Shown here piece by piece: positions 16,136-26,684 of a DNA stretch of 64,000 bases. Source of the stretch: an uncultured Pirellulales bacterium (GTDB lineage Bacteria; Planctomycetota; Phycisphaerae; Sedimentisphaerales; Anaerobacaceae); the NCBI GenBank assembly GCA_964575615.1, contig CAZNSM010000002.1, positions 5,862 through 69,861 on the forward strand. Direction: 5' to 3'. The position numbers and the translations under genes were made by a program. The stretch's first letter is position 1. The number at the start of each line of letters is the position of its first letter. The notes beneath the pieces are model-generated. The model ran no database searches. It saw only the letters and a list, made by a program, of their open reading frames with translations, and was not told the origin of the DNA.

Positions 16136-16150
16136 GCAACAGGCGTGCCA
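16136..16150 (-). promoter_or_regulatory. Sigma-54 (-24/-12) promoter TGGCACGCCTGTTGC
   Basis: The reverse complement of gcaacaggcgtgcca matches the TGGCACG-N4-TTGC consensus. It lies about 86 nt upstream of the TPR gene start. Confidence 0.65.
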
Positions 16151-16394
16151 GGGAGACGGTCGCGGGGCGGCGGCAGCGGTCGAACGGCCCGCAGAGGGCG
16201 GAGGGGCCGAGGAAAGGGCCTTTCTTCTATGGCGCATCGTTTCCGGCCGATGTCAGGATTCTATACGGGCCGCCCGATTTTCTGACAGCGGCGTTGCGGT
16301 GACCCAGCGGAGGCGTTTCAGGGAGAGTGTGTGACGTCGGATCGCAGCGGGGACGAATGCGGCAGGCCGGACGGGCCGGCGCCCGGTGCGGCGG

Positions 16395-17843
<1,449 letters not shown>

Positions 17844-18315
17844 ACCACCCCGATGTCACTGAGTCGTTTCTGGTGTCGTGTTGCATCCGTTCCTGCACGA
17901 TACCGCCCCCATCGACTGCCGATTTCCGACAACTTTAATTTTTATTGGACGGGTATCCATGTCACGTCAGGAGCGAACCGCGCGCGGCAGGGGTGATCTC
18001 CGTGTTTTATAGGACACGTTTCGGCCGGGCTGCCGACGCGGTGCGAGGGCGCGCCCATATAGGACTCATCCGATAATTCTTATGGGACGCGGAAATTCTC
18101 GCGGGATCGGCGAATAGAAATCATCCGTCTGTATTTTTTTCCGGCGCTGCGCCGCAGGCAGGATTCTCTGGATCGCAGGAAGATTCGTCGCCTTCCGCCG
18201 CGTCCCGGCGCGACCGGTTCTCGCCTGCAAGAAAACATTCCCGACGCCTAAGTGCCTGTTTGAACGCGAGGTACGATCCCCGCGCACGCCGGCGAACGGA
18301 AGCGCGGGGCGTCTG

Positions 18316-18331
18316 TGGCACGACAATTGCA
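18316..18331 (+). promoter_or_regulatory. Sigma-54 (-24/-12) promoter TGGCACGACAATTGCA
   Basis: Full match to the TGGCACG-N4-TTGCW consensus. It lies about 95 nt upstream of the flgD ATG. Confidence 0.75.
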
Positions 18332-18425
18332 AAGCTTGGCCACGGACCGTCGGCCGACGTGGATGCGTGTCGCGCAGAAACGGAGCGGCCGCCGAACGCA
18401 ATGGTTTGTATCGAAGGGAACGCAC

Positions 18426-18806
18426 ATGAGCACCACGGGTACCGTCACGTCGGCCAGCGAGTTGCAGATGAACTTCATGACGCTGCTGGTTACGCAGTTG
18501 CAGAATCAGAACCCGCTGGAACCGATGGACAATCAGGACATGGCGGCACAACTGGCGCAGTTCTCGCAGCTCCAGCAACTGGAGAGCATGAACAATTCCT
18601 TCAGCCAGGTGCTGGCGTCCCTCCAGCAGGGATACGCCAGTTCGCTGATCGGCAAGGACGTGTCGTTTGCGACGACGGCCGACGACGGGACGCAGGAGAC
18701 CCAGACGGGAGAAGTGGAGGAGGTGGTTCTCGACGACGGTGCGATCGAACTGATCGTCGGCGATCATCAGGTCCGTCTGGCGGACGTGCTTTCGGTTCGA
18801 GACTAA
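18426..18806 (+). CDS. flgD: Flagellar hook capping/assembly protein FlgD (about 126 aa)
   Basis: 'FMTLLVTQLQNQNPLEPMDNQDMAAQLAQFSQLQQLE' is the conserved FlgD N-terminal motif. The ATG at 18426 has a GAAGGGA RBS. The protein is short and lacks most of the usual C-terminal Ig-like part. Confidence 0.85.
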   Translation: MSTTGTVTSASELQMNFMTLLVTQLQNQNPLEPMDNQDMAAQLAQFSQLQQLESMNNSFSQVLASLQQGYASSLIGKDVSFATTADDGTQETQTGEVEEVVLDDGAIELIVGDHQVRLADVLSVRD

Positions 18807-18845
18807 CGAGACAATCGGCGTTTTCAGTAGTAGGAGAGCAGTGCG

Positions 18846-20534
18846 ATGAGTTATGCGTTGTCATCTGGGGTGACGGGACTCCAGGCCCATCAGAAGATGC
18901 TCGATGTGGCCGGCAACAACCTGGCCAACGTCAACACCACGGCGTTTAAGGCGAGCACGATCACGTTCAGCGAGTTGCTCGGGGAGACCCTCCAGCAGGC
19001 GTCGCAGCCCACGGATCGGATCGGCGGAACGAATCCGCAGCAGATGGGAAGCGGCGTGGGCGTCGCGGGCATTTCCGCGAACATGGCCCAGGGCAACATC
19101 GTGAACACGGGCAATTCGCTGGACGTGGCGATTGAAGGGGCGGGGTACTTCGTGGTCAGCGACGGCCAACAGTCCCTCTATACGCGGGCCGGCACGTTCG
19201 GCGTCGATGAGGCTGGATATCTGGTCGATCCGTCCACGGGGTACCGTGTGCAGCGGCTGGGACTGGTGGGGGAGGCCGATGGATTCCAGATTCCCGGCAG
19301 CAGCAACATCCGGGTCCCCTACGATGTGGCTCTGGCGGCCCGTCAGACTACGGAGATCGTCGTCAGCGGCAACCTCAGCGCCGATGCCACCGGCACTGCC
19401 ACGGCGCAGTTGCTGATGGCTTCCTCGAAATTCACGGTCGGCGACGCCGATGCGACCGCCACGACACAGATCGATCAGCTCGATCAGTTCTCCGGCGGTT
19501 CGGGCGCCGGCGGCGAACTGGGCGCCGCTCAGACGGGGACGATCAGCTTTGAAGGGTATCATCCCGATGGCACCGCGTTCAGCGGGGCCGCCCTGGACTT
19601 CACGGTCGGCGCCGACACCACGCTGGACGATCTGATCACCCACTTGAACACCAACGTGCTCAGCGGTGCGACCGCCTCGCTGGCCAACGGATACATCCGC
19701 ATCACCGACAACGCCACCGGCTATAGTCGATCGGACATCACCATGTCTTACAGCGGCGACGGCGCGCTGGACCTGCCCGGGTACTTCGAATTGAAGACGG
19801 TGGGCGGCGACGAAGTCAAGGGGGTCAACATTGCCGTGTACGACTCGCAGGGCGGCAAGCACGTCATGTCCGCCGCCTTCGTGCGGACCGACGCCGTCAA
19901 CACCTGGGATATGGTCCTGACGTCCATGACCGGGAACATCGCCTCCATGGACCTGGACAGCCGGCGTATCGAAGGCATCACATTTGATGCGCAGACCGGC
20001 GCCTTCAATGGTGTGCCCGATGGCACGAGCATGGAGTTCACCGTAACGTTTGCCCACGATGTCGACCATTCGCAGACGATCCAACTGCAGCTCGGCACCG
20101 TCGGTTCGTTCGACGGTCTGACCCAGTTCGCCGGCAACTCGACGGCGGTGGCGCGCGAGCAGGACGGCTACGAGGCCGGCAGCTTGTCGGCGGTGTCGAT
20201 CGACAACGAAGGCGTGCTGATCGGCAGCTTCAGCAACGGCATCAAGAAGGATCTGGCGACGATGGCGGTGGCCCTGTTCAAGAACGCGGCCGGCCTGGAA
20301 GGCGCCGGCGACGGGTATTACGTTCCGTCGGCCAACTCGGGAGCGCCGGTGATCACGCAGGCGAACACCGCCGGAGCCGGTTCCATCCACGGCGGGGCGC
20401 TGGAGAAGTCCAACGCCGACGTCGCGACCGAATTCGTGACGCTGATCCAGGCCCAGAATGGGTTCCAGGCAAACGCGCGAACGATCACGGTGGCCAATCA
20501 GATTCTCCAGGAGTTGACCAATCTGATTCGGTAA
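18846..20534 (+). CDS. flgE: Flagellar hook protein FlgE (562 aa)
   Basis: N-terminal 'GVTGLQAHQKMLDVAGNNLANVNTTAFK' and C-terminal 'EFVTLIQAQNGFQANARTITVANQILQEL' are rod/hook-family termini. Confidence 0.95.
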   Translation: MSYALSSGVTGLQAHQKMLDVAGNNLANVNTTAFKASTITFSELLGETLQQASQPTDRIGGTNPQQMGSGVGVAGISANMAQGNIVNTGNSLDVAIEGAGYFVVSDGQQSLYTRAGTFGVDEAGYLVDPSTGYRVQRLGLVGEADGFQIPGSSNIRVPYDVALAARQTTEIVVSGNLSADATGTATAQLLMASSKFTVGDADATATTQIDQLDQFSGGSGAGGELGAAQTGTISFEGYHPDGTAFSGAALDFTVGADTTLDDLITHLNTNVLSGATASLANGYIRITDNATGYSRSDITMSYSGDGALDLPGYFELKTVGGDEVKGVNIAVYDSQGGKHVMSAAFVRTDAVNTWDMVLTSMTGNIASMDLDSRRIEGITFDAQTGAFNGVPDGTSMEFTVTFAHDVDHSQTIQLQLGTVGSFDGLTQFAGNSTAVAREQDGYEAGSLSAVSIDNEGVLIGSFSNGIKKDLATMAVALFKNAAGLEGAGDGYYVPSANSGAPVITQANTAGAGSIHGGALEKSNADVATEFVTLIQAQNGFQANARTITVANQILQELTNLIR

Positions 20535-20569
20535 GACCGGTCGCCGTGATGGGCCGATGAGGAAATAAG

Positions 20570-21853
20570 ATGATCGTCAGTGACGTACTATGGGATACGA
20601 GCCGGGCGGCGATGGGCGTGCTGACGCCAATCGAGCGGTGGTCGGCGGCGCGCCGGATGAGCGGCGATTCGCCCTCGTATGCGTCACGGTACGAATTCGT
20701 CCTGGTGGCGTCGGTGATCCTGGTGGTTCTGGTCTTTCTGTTGTGGTGGATCAGTCACCGTCGTCGGACGCGGAGTCGAGACCTGACGCGGGAGCTGTTT
20801 GCGGAGAATGCCGTGCGACGGGGGCTCAACGGCCGCGATCGTCAGATCCTGCTGGCGATCGTCATGCGAAGCGGCCTGGGACGCAGCCATGACATCTTTA
20901 CGACGGTCGACGCCTTCGATCGCGGCGCCGCCAAGCTTCTGGCGGAGTGCGCGCGCACGCGAACGGTCGAGGAGAATGAGCGGCTCAAGACGGAGGTGGC
21001 CTATCTTCGGGAGCGGCTGGGCTTCCGGGCCGTGCGGTCGCTCGGTGGGATGGCCGCCACTCACCGGCCGAGCAGCCGTGACATTCCGGTCGGCAAGATC
21101 GTGGAGGTGACCCGTCGTCGGCGCCATCATGCCGGCGTTCCGGTCCGGGCCGAGGTGGTGCGCAACGACGATCTCGAATTGGCGGTGGAATTGGAGGAGC
21201 CCGTGGAGACGCGCGCCGGCGACCTCTGGTGCGCGCGATACGCGTTTGGCGTATACGTCTGGGAATTTGACACGACTGCGGTGACGTGCGATCGAACGCG
21301 GCTGGTGCTCAACCACACCGACAGCGTGCGGTTCGTCAACCGTCGGCGTTTTCCTCGCGTGGCGGTGCAGATGCCGGCCCTGGTGGCCCGCTTTCCTTTC
21401 GCCAGGAAGGGACCGTCGCAGGCGGCGCCCGAGGCGGGTTCCGATCGCGTCGGTGTGGCTCACGAGCCCGGCGCGCCGGAGTTCGTTTCCGGGACGATTA
21501 CGGAACTGGCCGGCCCCGGACTGCGGATCGAGCTTCCGACCCCTTTTCGTCCTGGGGAGAGAGTCCTGGTGATGTTCCGTCCGGCCGGGATCGGCGGGGG
21601 TGAAAACGAACCGGTCGCCGACGAGACCTGCGTCGTGGAGGACGTGGGCCTGGTGCGGCACAGCCGCGTCGCCGGCACAGGCGTCTCCATTGCGGTCGAG
21701 TTGTCGGGACTGAACGAATCCGAGGTGGATGTATTGGTGCGCATGACGAATGTGATTGCTTCCAGGGCCGGCGTCCAGGGCGAGACGGACGACGTGACGA
21801 CCGAGCCGGCGACGGTCGCGTCGGACGGCACGGTGGTGGAGCAGGGAGCGTAG
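20570..21853 (+). CDS. Membrane-anchored YcgR-like PilZ-domain protein (427 aa)
   Basis: N-terminal TM segment ('FVLVASVILVVLVFLLWWI'), a helical segment, a PilZN-like beta region and then 'NRRRFPRV' (RRxxxR). The second PilZ motif position reads 'TELAGPG' instead of (D/N)xSxxG. Confidence 0.7.
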   Translation: MIVSDVLWDTSRAAMGVLTPIERWSAARRMSGDSPSYASRYEFVLVASVILVVLVFLLWWISHRRRTRSRDLTRELFAENAVRRGLNGRDRQILLAIVMRSGLGRSHDIFTTVDAFDRGAAKLLAECARTRTVEENERLKTEVAYLRERLGFRAVRSLGGMAATHRPSSRDIPVGKIVEVTRRRRHHAGVPVRAEVVRNDDLELAVELEEPVETRAGDLWCARYAFGVYVWEFDTTAVTCDRTRLVLNHTDSVRFVNRRRFPRVAVQMPALVARFPFARKGPSQAAPEAGSDRVGVAHEPGAPEFVSGTITELAGPGLRIELPTPFRPGERVLVMFRPAGIGGGENEPVADETCVVEDVGLVRHSRVAGTGVSIAVELSGLNESEVDVLVRMTNVIASRAGVQGETDDVTTEPATVASDGTVVEQGA

Positions 21854-21854
21854 C

Positions 21855-22556
21855 ATGGCCGATGTCACAAGCCAGGTCAGTGCAAGCCTGAGGGCGTTGA
21901 CGCGAGAGTTCGACGTCATCGCGCACAATCTGGCCAACGTCAGCACCAGCGGATACAAGCGCCGGTGCAGCTTGTTCTCGAGCATGCTGGACGATCAGCA
22001 GAATGCGGCCGCGAGCGCTCTGGATTTCTCGCAGGGCAATCTGGTCGAGACGGGGCGGACGCTCGACGTGGCGCTCTATGGAAAAGGGTTCTTCGTCATC
22101 GAGACTCCGGACGGACCGCTATACACCCGGCACGGCGTGTTTCGCGCCAATCAGAACGGGCAGATCGTGGATTCAGAGGGACGCGCGGTGGCCGGCGCCT
22201 TCGGTCCGTTGGCCGTTCCAGCGGGGATCGATGTTTCTCAGATCACCGTCGGTCAGACCGGGCAGATCAACGCGGGCGGCGGCTCGATCGGGCAGTTCCG
22301 GATCGTGGATTTTGCGGGAAAGGAAGACCAGCTCGAGGCGGCCGGGTTCTGCTGCTACCGGGCCCCGCAGGATGTGCCGCCCAGGGACGTCGAGGACGTG
22401 GTGGTCAAACAGGGGTACCAGGAAGCGTCCAACGTGCAGATCATCGACGAGGTGGTCAGCATGATCATGGTCTCGCGGATGTACGAATCGAACATGAAGC
22501 TGGTGAACACCAAGAAGGATACGACGAACAGCGTGATCGGCGTGGCCATGGGATAA
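21855..22556 (+). CDS. flgF: Flagellar basal-body rod protein FlgF (233 aa)
   Basis: 'FDVIAHNLANVSTSGYKR' at the N-terminus and 'KQGYQEASNVQIIDEVVSMIMVSRMYESN' at the C-terminus. Located immediately upstream of flgG. Confidence 0.85.
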   Translation: MADVTSQVSASLRALTREFDVIAHNLANVSTSGYKRRCSLFSSMLDDQQNAAASALDFSQGNLVETGRTLDVALYGKGFFVIETPDGPLYTRHGVFRANQNGQIVDSEGRAVAGAFGPLAVPAGIDVSQITVGQTGQINAGGGSIGQFRIVDFAGKEDQLEAAGFCCYRAPQDVPPRDVEDVVVKQGYQEASNVQIIDEVVSMIMVSRMYESNMKLVNTKKDTTNSVIGVAMG

Positions 22557-22598
22557 GGCTGCGCCGCCGATTCGCTGTCCAGACAAGGAGAGTTGCCC

Positions 22599-23381
22599 AT
22601 GATCCGAGCTTTCTCCACAGCCTCCACGGGCATGATGGCCCAGCAGACGCTGGTGGATGTGATCGCCAACAACCTGGCGAACGTCAACACCACCGGTTTC
22701 AAGCAGAGCCAGGTCGAGTTTCAAGACCTGCTGTACGCCCGGCAGAAGGAGGCGGGCACGGAAGTGGCCCCGGGCATCAACGCGCCGACCGGTCTGGAGA
22801 TCGGCAGCGGGGTCCGCGTGGCCTCGACGCTGAAGATCTTCAGTCTGGGGGAGTTCCGCAACACGGGCCGGAACATGGACATCGCGATTCGCGGCGAAGG
22901 TTTCCTCCAGGTTGTCATGCCCAACGGGGACATCCGGTACACGCGCGACGGCTCGTTGCAGACCAACGCCAACGGGCAGGTGGTCACCATGACCGGCTAC
23001 ATGATCGAGCCGGCTCTGACGATCCCCACCGAGGCCGCCTCGGTGGACATCGGCGCCGACGGAGGCATCAACGTCACCGATCAGGCGGGCGTCCGCTCCG
23101 TGATCGGCCAGATCCAACTGGTCCGTTTCTCCAATCCGTCGGGCCTGCAAAGCCAGGGCGACAACCTGTACGCCCCGACGGACGCCAGCGGCGAGGCCGT
23201 GGTCGGCATTCCCGCGCAGGACGGCTTCGGATCGATTCAGTCCGGCTTTCTGGAGAAATCGAACGTGCACATGGTCAACGAGCTGGTGAACCTGATTACG
23301 GCCCAGCGCGCGTACGAAATCAACTCGCGCGCCATCAAGGCCGGTGACGAAATGCTGCGCAACACCAACAACATCTTCTGA
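22599..23381 (+). CDS. flgG: Flagellar distal rod protein FlgG (260 aa)
   Basis: 'MIRAFSTASTGMMAQQTLVDVIANNLANVNTTGFK' and 'GFLEKSNVHMVNELVNLITAQRAYEINSRAIKAGDEML'. ATG with an AAGGAG RBS. The track start at 22593 is TTG. Confidence 0.95.
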   Translation: MIRAFSTASTGMMAQQTLVDVIANNLANVNTTGFKQSQVEFQDLLYARQKEAGTEVAPGINAPTGLEIGSGVRVASTLKIFSLGEFRNTGRNMDIAIRGEGFLQVVMPNGDIRYTRDGSLQTNANGQVVTMTGYMIEPALTIPTEAASVDIGADGGINVTDQAGVRSVIGQIQLVRFSNPSGLQSQGDNLYAPTDASGEAVVGIPAQDGFGSIQSGFLEKSNVHMVNELVNLITAQRAYEINSRAIKAGDEMLRNTNNIF

Positions 23382-23393
23382 CGGGAGCCGGCG

Positions 23394-24395
23394 ATGAAGC
23401 GTAGGGTACTCCTTCTGGTTGGGATGGCGGCGGGCCTCCTGCCGCTCGGCGTCGTCACGAGCGCCGCGACGGCGGCGGCCGACGATGCGCCCGACGAAAT
23501 GCGTCTGCAAGTCCACCTGCCCCGCGAGGTGACGGTGGAAGGCAACCAGTTGAGCCTCGAACAGATCAGCGTGATCCGCGGATCGTCGCCGCTCGTCGCC
23601 AAGGCCCGCCAGGTGCTTCTGGGTCGTCTCTCGGCGCCGGGCCAGAAACTGGTTCTGGATCGTCCCACCATCCTCAGTCGTCTGGCCACCTGCGGGATTG
23701 GGGCCGATCAGGTGCGTCTGACCGGCGCCGATTCCGTGACCGTGCGCCGCCAGCAGCAGATCATCGAGGTGGAAGACTTCGTCGAGATCGGACGGCAGTT
23801 CGTCCAGCAGTTGGGCGGCTCGCATTCGGTGTGTGAGATCATCGCGGTCGCGCGGCCGAAAGACCTCGTTCTCTCGGAACGGCCGCAGGAGGTGCAGTTG
23901 AGACCCGAGTTGGTTCGCGGCGCGGTTCGCGGCCACGTGACCGTACGCGTGCAGGTGACGGCGGACGGCCGGGACGTGGGGACGCGCGACGTCTCGTTCC
24001 GTCTGAAGTACCGGACGCATCGTGTCGTCGCGACGGTACAGATTGCCGAGGGGACGGCCCTGACGCCGGACAACGTGACGATCGAAGCGGCCGTGTCGGA
24101 CCAGCCGGAGCCGTCCGGGTGGAAGCCCCCGTACGGACTGGTGGCCACGCGCGCCGTCGCCGCCGGGGCCGAGATTCGTGACAGCATGCTCAGTGCGGCG
24201 CCGACGGCGGTGCAGGTGCGACGCAACGAAACGGTGCTCATCCGCATCGAGCGTCCCGGCATCCTGGTCACCGCCATGGGCACTTCGCTCCAGGACGGCC
24301 GCCTGGGCGAACTGGTCAAGGTGCGAAACGCCGACTCGTCGAGGATCATCGTTTGCCGGATCATGCCCGACGGTTCGGTGGAACCGGCCCTCTGA
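23394..24395 (+). CDS. flgA: P-ring assembly chaperone FlgA (333 aa)
   Basis: Signal peptide and a SAF/FlgA C-terminal domain ('VRRNETVLIRIERPGILVTAMGTSLQDGRLGELVKVRN'). Conserved position before flgH. Confidence 0.8.
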   Translation: MKRRVLLLVGMAAGLLPLGVVTSAATAAADDAPDEMRLQVHLPREVTVEGNQLSLEQISVIRGSSPLVAKARQVLLGRLSAPGQKLVLDRPTILSRLATCGIGADQVRLTGADSVTVRRQQQIIEVEDFVEIGRQFVQQLGGSHSVCEIIAVARPKDLVLSERPQEVQLRPELVRGAVRGHVTVRVQVTADGRDVGTRDVSFRLKYRTHRVVATVQIAEGTALTPDNVTIEAAVSDQPEPSGWKPPYGLVATRAVAAGAEIRDSMLSAAPTAVQVRRNETVLIRIERPGILVTAMGTSLQDGRLGELVKVRNADSSRIIVCRIMPDGSVEPAL

Positions 24396-24455
24396 GGCCG
24401 AGGATGGATCGCGGGCGCATTTCGCAGGCCCGACCCGGATATGGAAGGAAGACGA

Positions 24456-25067
24456 ATGAAGAAGACGACACTATGGCTGGCAATGGCCCTGGCGCTCGGC
24501 GCCGCCGAGACGCTCCAGGCCGGCTCGATCTGGGCCAAGCGCGACACGAACATGAGGACGGTGTACGCCGACGACGTGGCGCGCAACATCGGCGACGTGC
24601 TGACGATCACGATCGTCGAAGACAGCAAGGTGGACAACAAGGCCAAGCGAGACCTCCAGAAGGAGACGGAACGGTCCAGCGCGTTCAACGGCGATCTGAA
24701 CATCGACCACCTTCTGCCCAGCATCCCGGGCTTTACGATGAATGCCTCGTCGGAAAACGAGCTGAAGAGCAAAGCGGATTACAAGGACGAGCGGAGCTTC
24801 GAAGACCGGGTCAGCGTGGTGGTCGTGGACATCCTGCCCAACGGGAATCTGGTGGTGATCGGGACGCGCGACCGGAACATCGCGGGCGACGTGCAGACGA
24901 TCGAGGTCAGCGGCATCGTTCGGCCCAGCGACATTGCGTTTGACAACACGGTCAAGAGCGCGCAGGTGGCGAACTTCCGCATCGTCACGCAGAACGGCGG
25001 AGTGGCGGCCCCCTATACGAGAACGGGATGGCTCGGCCGGGTGTTCGACGTCCTGTGGCCCTGGTGA
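24456..25067 (+). CDS. flgH: L-ring protein FlgH (about 203 aa), apparently non-lipidated
   Basis: 'ADDVARNIGDVLTITIVE', 'ILPNGNLVVIGTRD' and 'IEVSGIVRPSDI' are FlgH hallmarks. The ATG at 24456 has a GGAAGGAAG RBS. The protein contains no Cys at all. Confidence 0.9.
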   Translation: MKKTTLWLAMALALGAAETLQAGSIWAKRDTNMRTVYADDVARNIGDVLTITIVEDSKVDNKAKRDLQKETERSSAFNGDLNIDHLLPSIPGFTMNASSENELKSKADYKDERSFEDRVSVVVVDILPNGNLVVIGTRDRNIAGDVQTIEVSGIVRPSDIAFDNTVKSAQVANFRIVTQNGGVAAPYTRTGWLGRVFDVLWPW

Positions 25068-25112
25068 GGGCGGGGGCGGAGGTTCCTGCGGCTTCTTTGG
25101 AGAAACCCAACG

Positions 25113-26288
25113 ATGGAATTCATGAGCGCTCATAGCCCGGCCGTTCCGGTCGCCGGATCGGAACGTCTCCTCCGGATCCTCAGGAGCAGAGGCATCGGCG
25201 CACTGCTTGTGCTGCTTGCGATGGCCTGCGTTCCGGTTCAGGCCGAACGCATCAAGGACATCGTCGAGATCCAGGGCGTGCGCGGCAACCCGCTGACGGG
25301 CGTAGGGCTCGTGATCGGTCTGGCGGGCACCGGCGACTCGGGCCTTCTGTCGCGACAGATGCTGACGAACATCCTGCGAGAGTCCGGATTGGTGCTGATG
25401 CCGAACGAATTGACCGGCGGCAACATCGCGGTGGTGATGGTGACCGCCGAACTCGGGCCTTTCGATCGCGAGGGAATGCGCGTCGACGTGGACGTCTCGG
25501 CGCTGGGCGACGCCAAGAGCCTGCAAGGGGCCATGCTTCTGCCGACGCCGCTGAAAGGTCTGGACGGTCAGGTCTATGCGGTTGCGCAGGGAGGCATCTC
25601 GCTCGGCGGCTGGTCCGTCGCGGGAAAGCAGGCGTCGATGTCGAAGAACCATCAGACGGTCGGGCGCGTCGCGGACGGGGCGATCGTGGAGAAGTCGGAA
25701 CTGGCCAGCTTCATCGAGCAGGTGGCCGGCCGGCGCTTCATCACGTTCAGCCTGCGCAACAACGATTTCTCGACGGCCCAGCGCATCAGCGAGATCATCA
25801 ATCAATCGTACGCCGACAGCGCCGTGGTTCTGGACGCCGCCAGCATCCGGGTGATGGTCCCCGCCGAGGTCACGCAGAAGGACGTCATTGCGTTCCTCGA
25901 CGAGATCATGCAGAAAGAGGTCACGGTGGACATGCCCGCGACGGTGGTGATCAACGAGCGCACCGGCACGATCGTGGTCGGCGAAAACGTCGGTATCTCG
26001 TCGGTGGCGATCTCCCAGGGCAGTCTGGTGGTGAAGGTCAAGGAAACCGCCCAGGTCTCACAGCCGACGGCGCCCTTCTCCGAGGCGGGTTCCACCGAGG
26101 TGGTCCCGGAGACGATGGTCGGCGTGGAGGAGCAGAACGCCTACCTGATTCCGGTCGAACGGGCGGTGACGGTGTCCGAGCTGGCCAAGACGCTGAACGC
26201 CATCGGGGCGTCGCCTCGCGATCTGATTGCGATCTTCAACGCGTTGAAAGAGGCGGGCGCCCTGCAGGCCAAGCTGGTGATCATGTAA
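25113..26288 (+). CDS. flgI: P-ring protein FlgI (391 aa)
   Basis: 'RIKDIVEIQGVRGNPLTGVGLVIGLAGTGD' and 'LNAIGASPRDLIAIFNALKEAGALQAKLVIM' are highly conserved FlgI segments. Confidence 0.95.
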   Translation: MEFMSAHSPAVPVAGSERLLRILRSRGIGALLVLLAMACVPVQAERIKDIVEIQGVRGNPLTGVGLVIGLAGTGDSGLLSRQMLTNILRESGLVLMPNELTGGNIAVVMVTAELGPFDREGMRVDVDVSALGDAKSLQGAMLLPTPLKGLDGQVYAVAQGGISLGGWSVAGKQASMSKNHQTVGRVADGAIVEKSELASFIEQVAGRRFITFSLRNNDFSTAQRISEIINQSYADSAVVLDAASIRVMVPAEVTQKDVIAFLDEIMQKEVTVDMPATVVINERTGTIVVGENVGISSVAISQGSLVVKVKETAQVSQPTAPFSEAGSTEVVPETMVGVEEQNAYLIPVERAVTVSELAKTLNAIGASPRDLIAIFNALKEAGALQAKLVIM

Positions 26289-26298
26289 GGAAACCGAG

Positions 26299-26682
26299 AT
26301 GGACGGCATCGAATCGATCGCACTGCCTCTGGCGGTGCCGCCGGCGGCCCTTCGCCAGGTCGCGTCCGCCGCCTCCGACCCGATCGAGGGGATGGATGCG
26401 GAGGCGATCCGCAGAGCCTCCGACGAGGAAAAGAAGCAACTGGCCAAGGATTTCGAATCGGTTCTCCTGACCAAGCTGTTCGAGGAGGTCAAGAACTCCA
26501 TCGAGGATTCCGGCTTCGACGACGACGTCGCCGCCGACCAGGTCCACGGCATGTTCTGGTCGTATCTGGCCCAGGATGTGGCGAACAAAGGAGGGTTCGG
26601 GTTGTGGCAGGACCTTTACCAGCATTTCCAGGCGATGGACGGGGTTGACGCCGGCGGTGGATCGGTGAACGAGGAACTCTGA
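26299..26682 (+). CDS. flgJ: Rod-binding protein (FlgJ N-terminal domain only, 127 aa)
   Basis: The 'AKDFESVLLTKLFEEV' Rod_binding-type motif is present. The ORF contains no muramidase domain. Confidence 0.75.
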   Translation: MDGIESIALPLAVPPAALRQVASAASDPIEGMDAEAIRRASDEEKKQLAKDFESVLLTKLFEEVKNSIEDSGFDDDVAADQVHGMFWSYLAQDVANKGGFGLWQDLYQHFQAMDGVDAGGGSVNEEL

Positions 26683-26684
26683 CG

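Noticed and set aside
18066-18767. 233-aa minus-strand ORF in the EBP2/flgD divergent region
   Set aside because: It overlaps flgD antisense and the sigma-54 promoter. The translation is Arg-rich with no motifs.
22173-24020. 615-aa minus-strand ORF over flgF, flgG and flgA. The 509-aa ORF at 18861-20390 over flgE and the 433-aa ORF at 20684-21985 are similar.
   Set aside because: They are antisense shadows of conserved flagellar genes.
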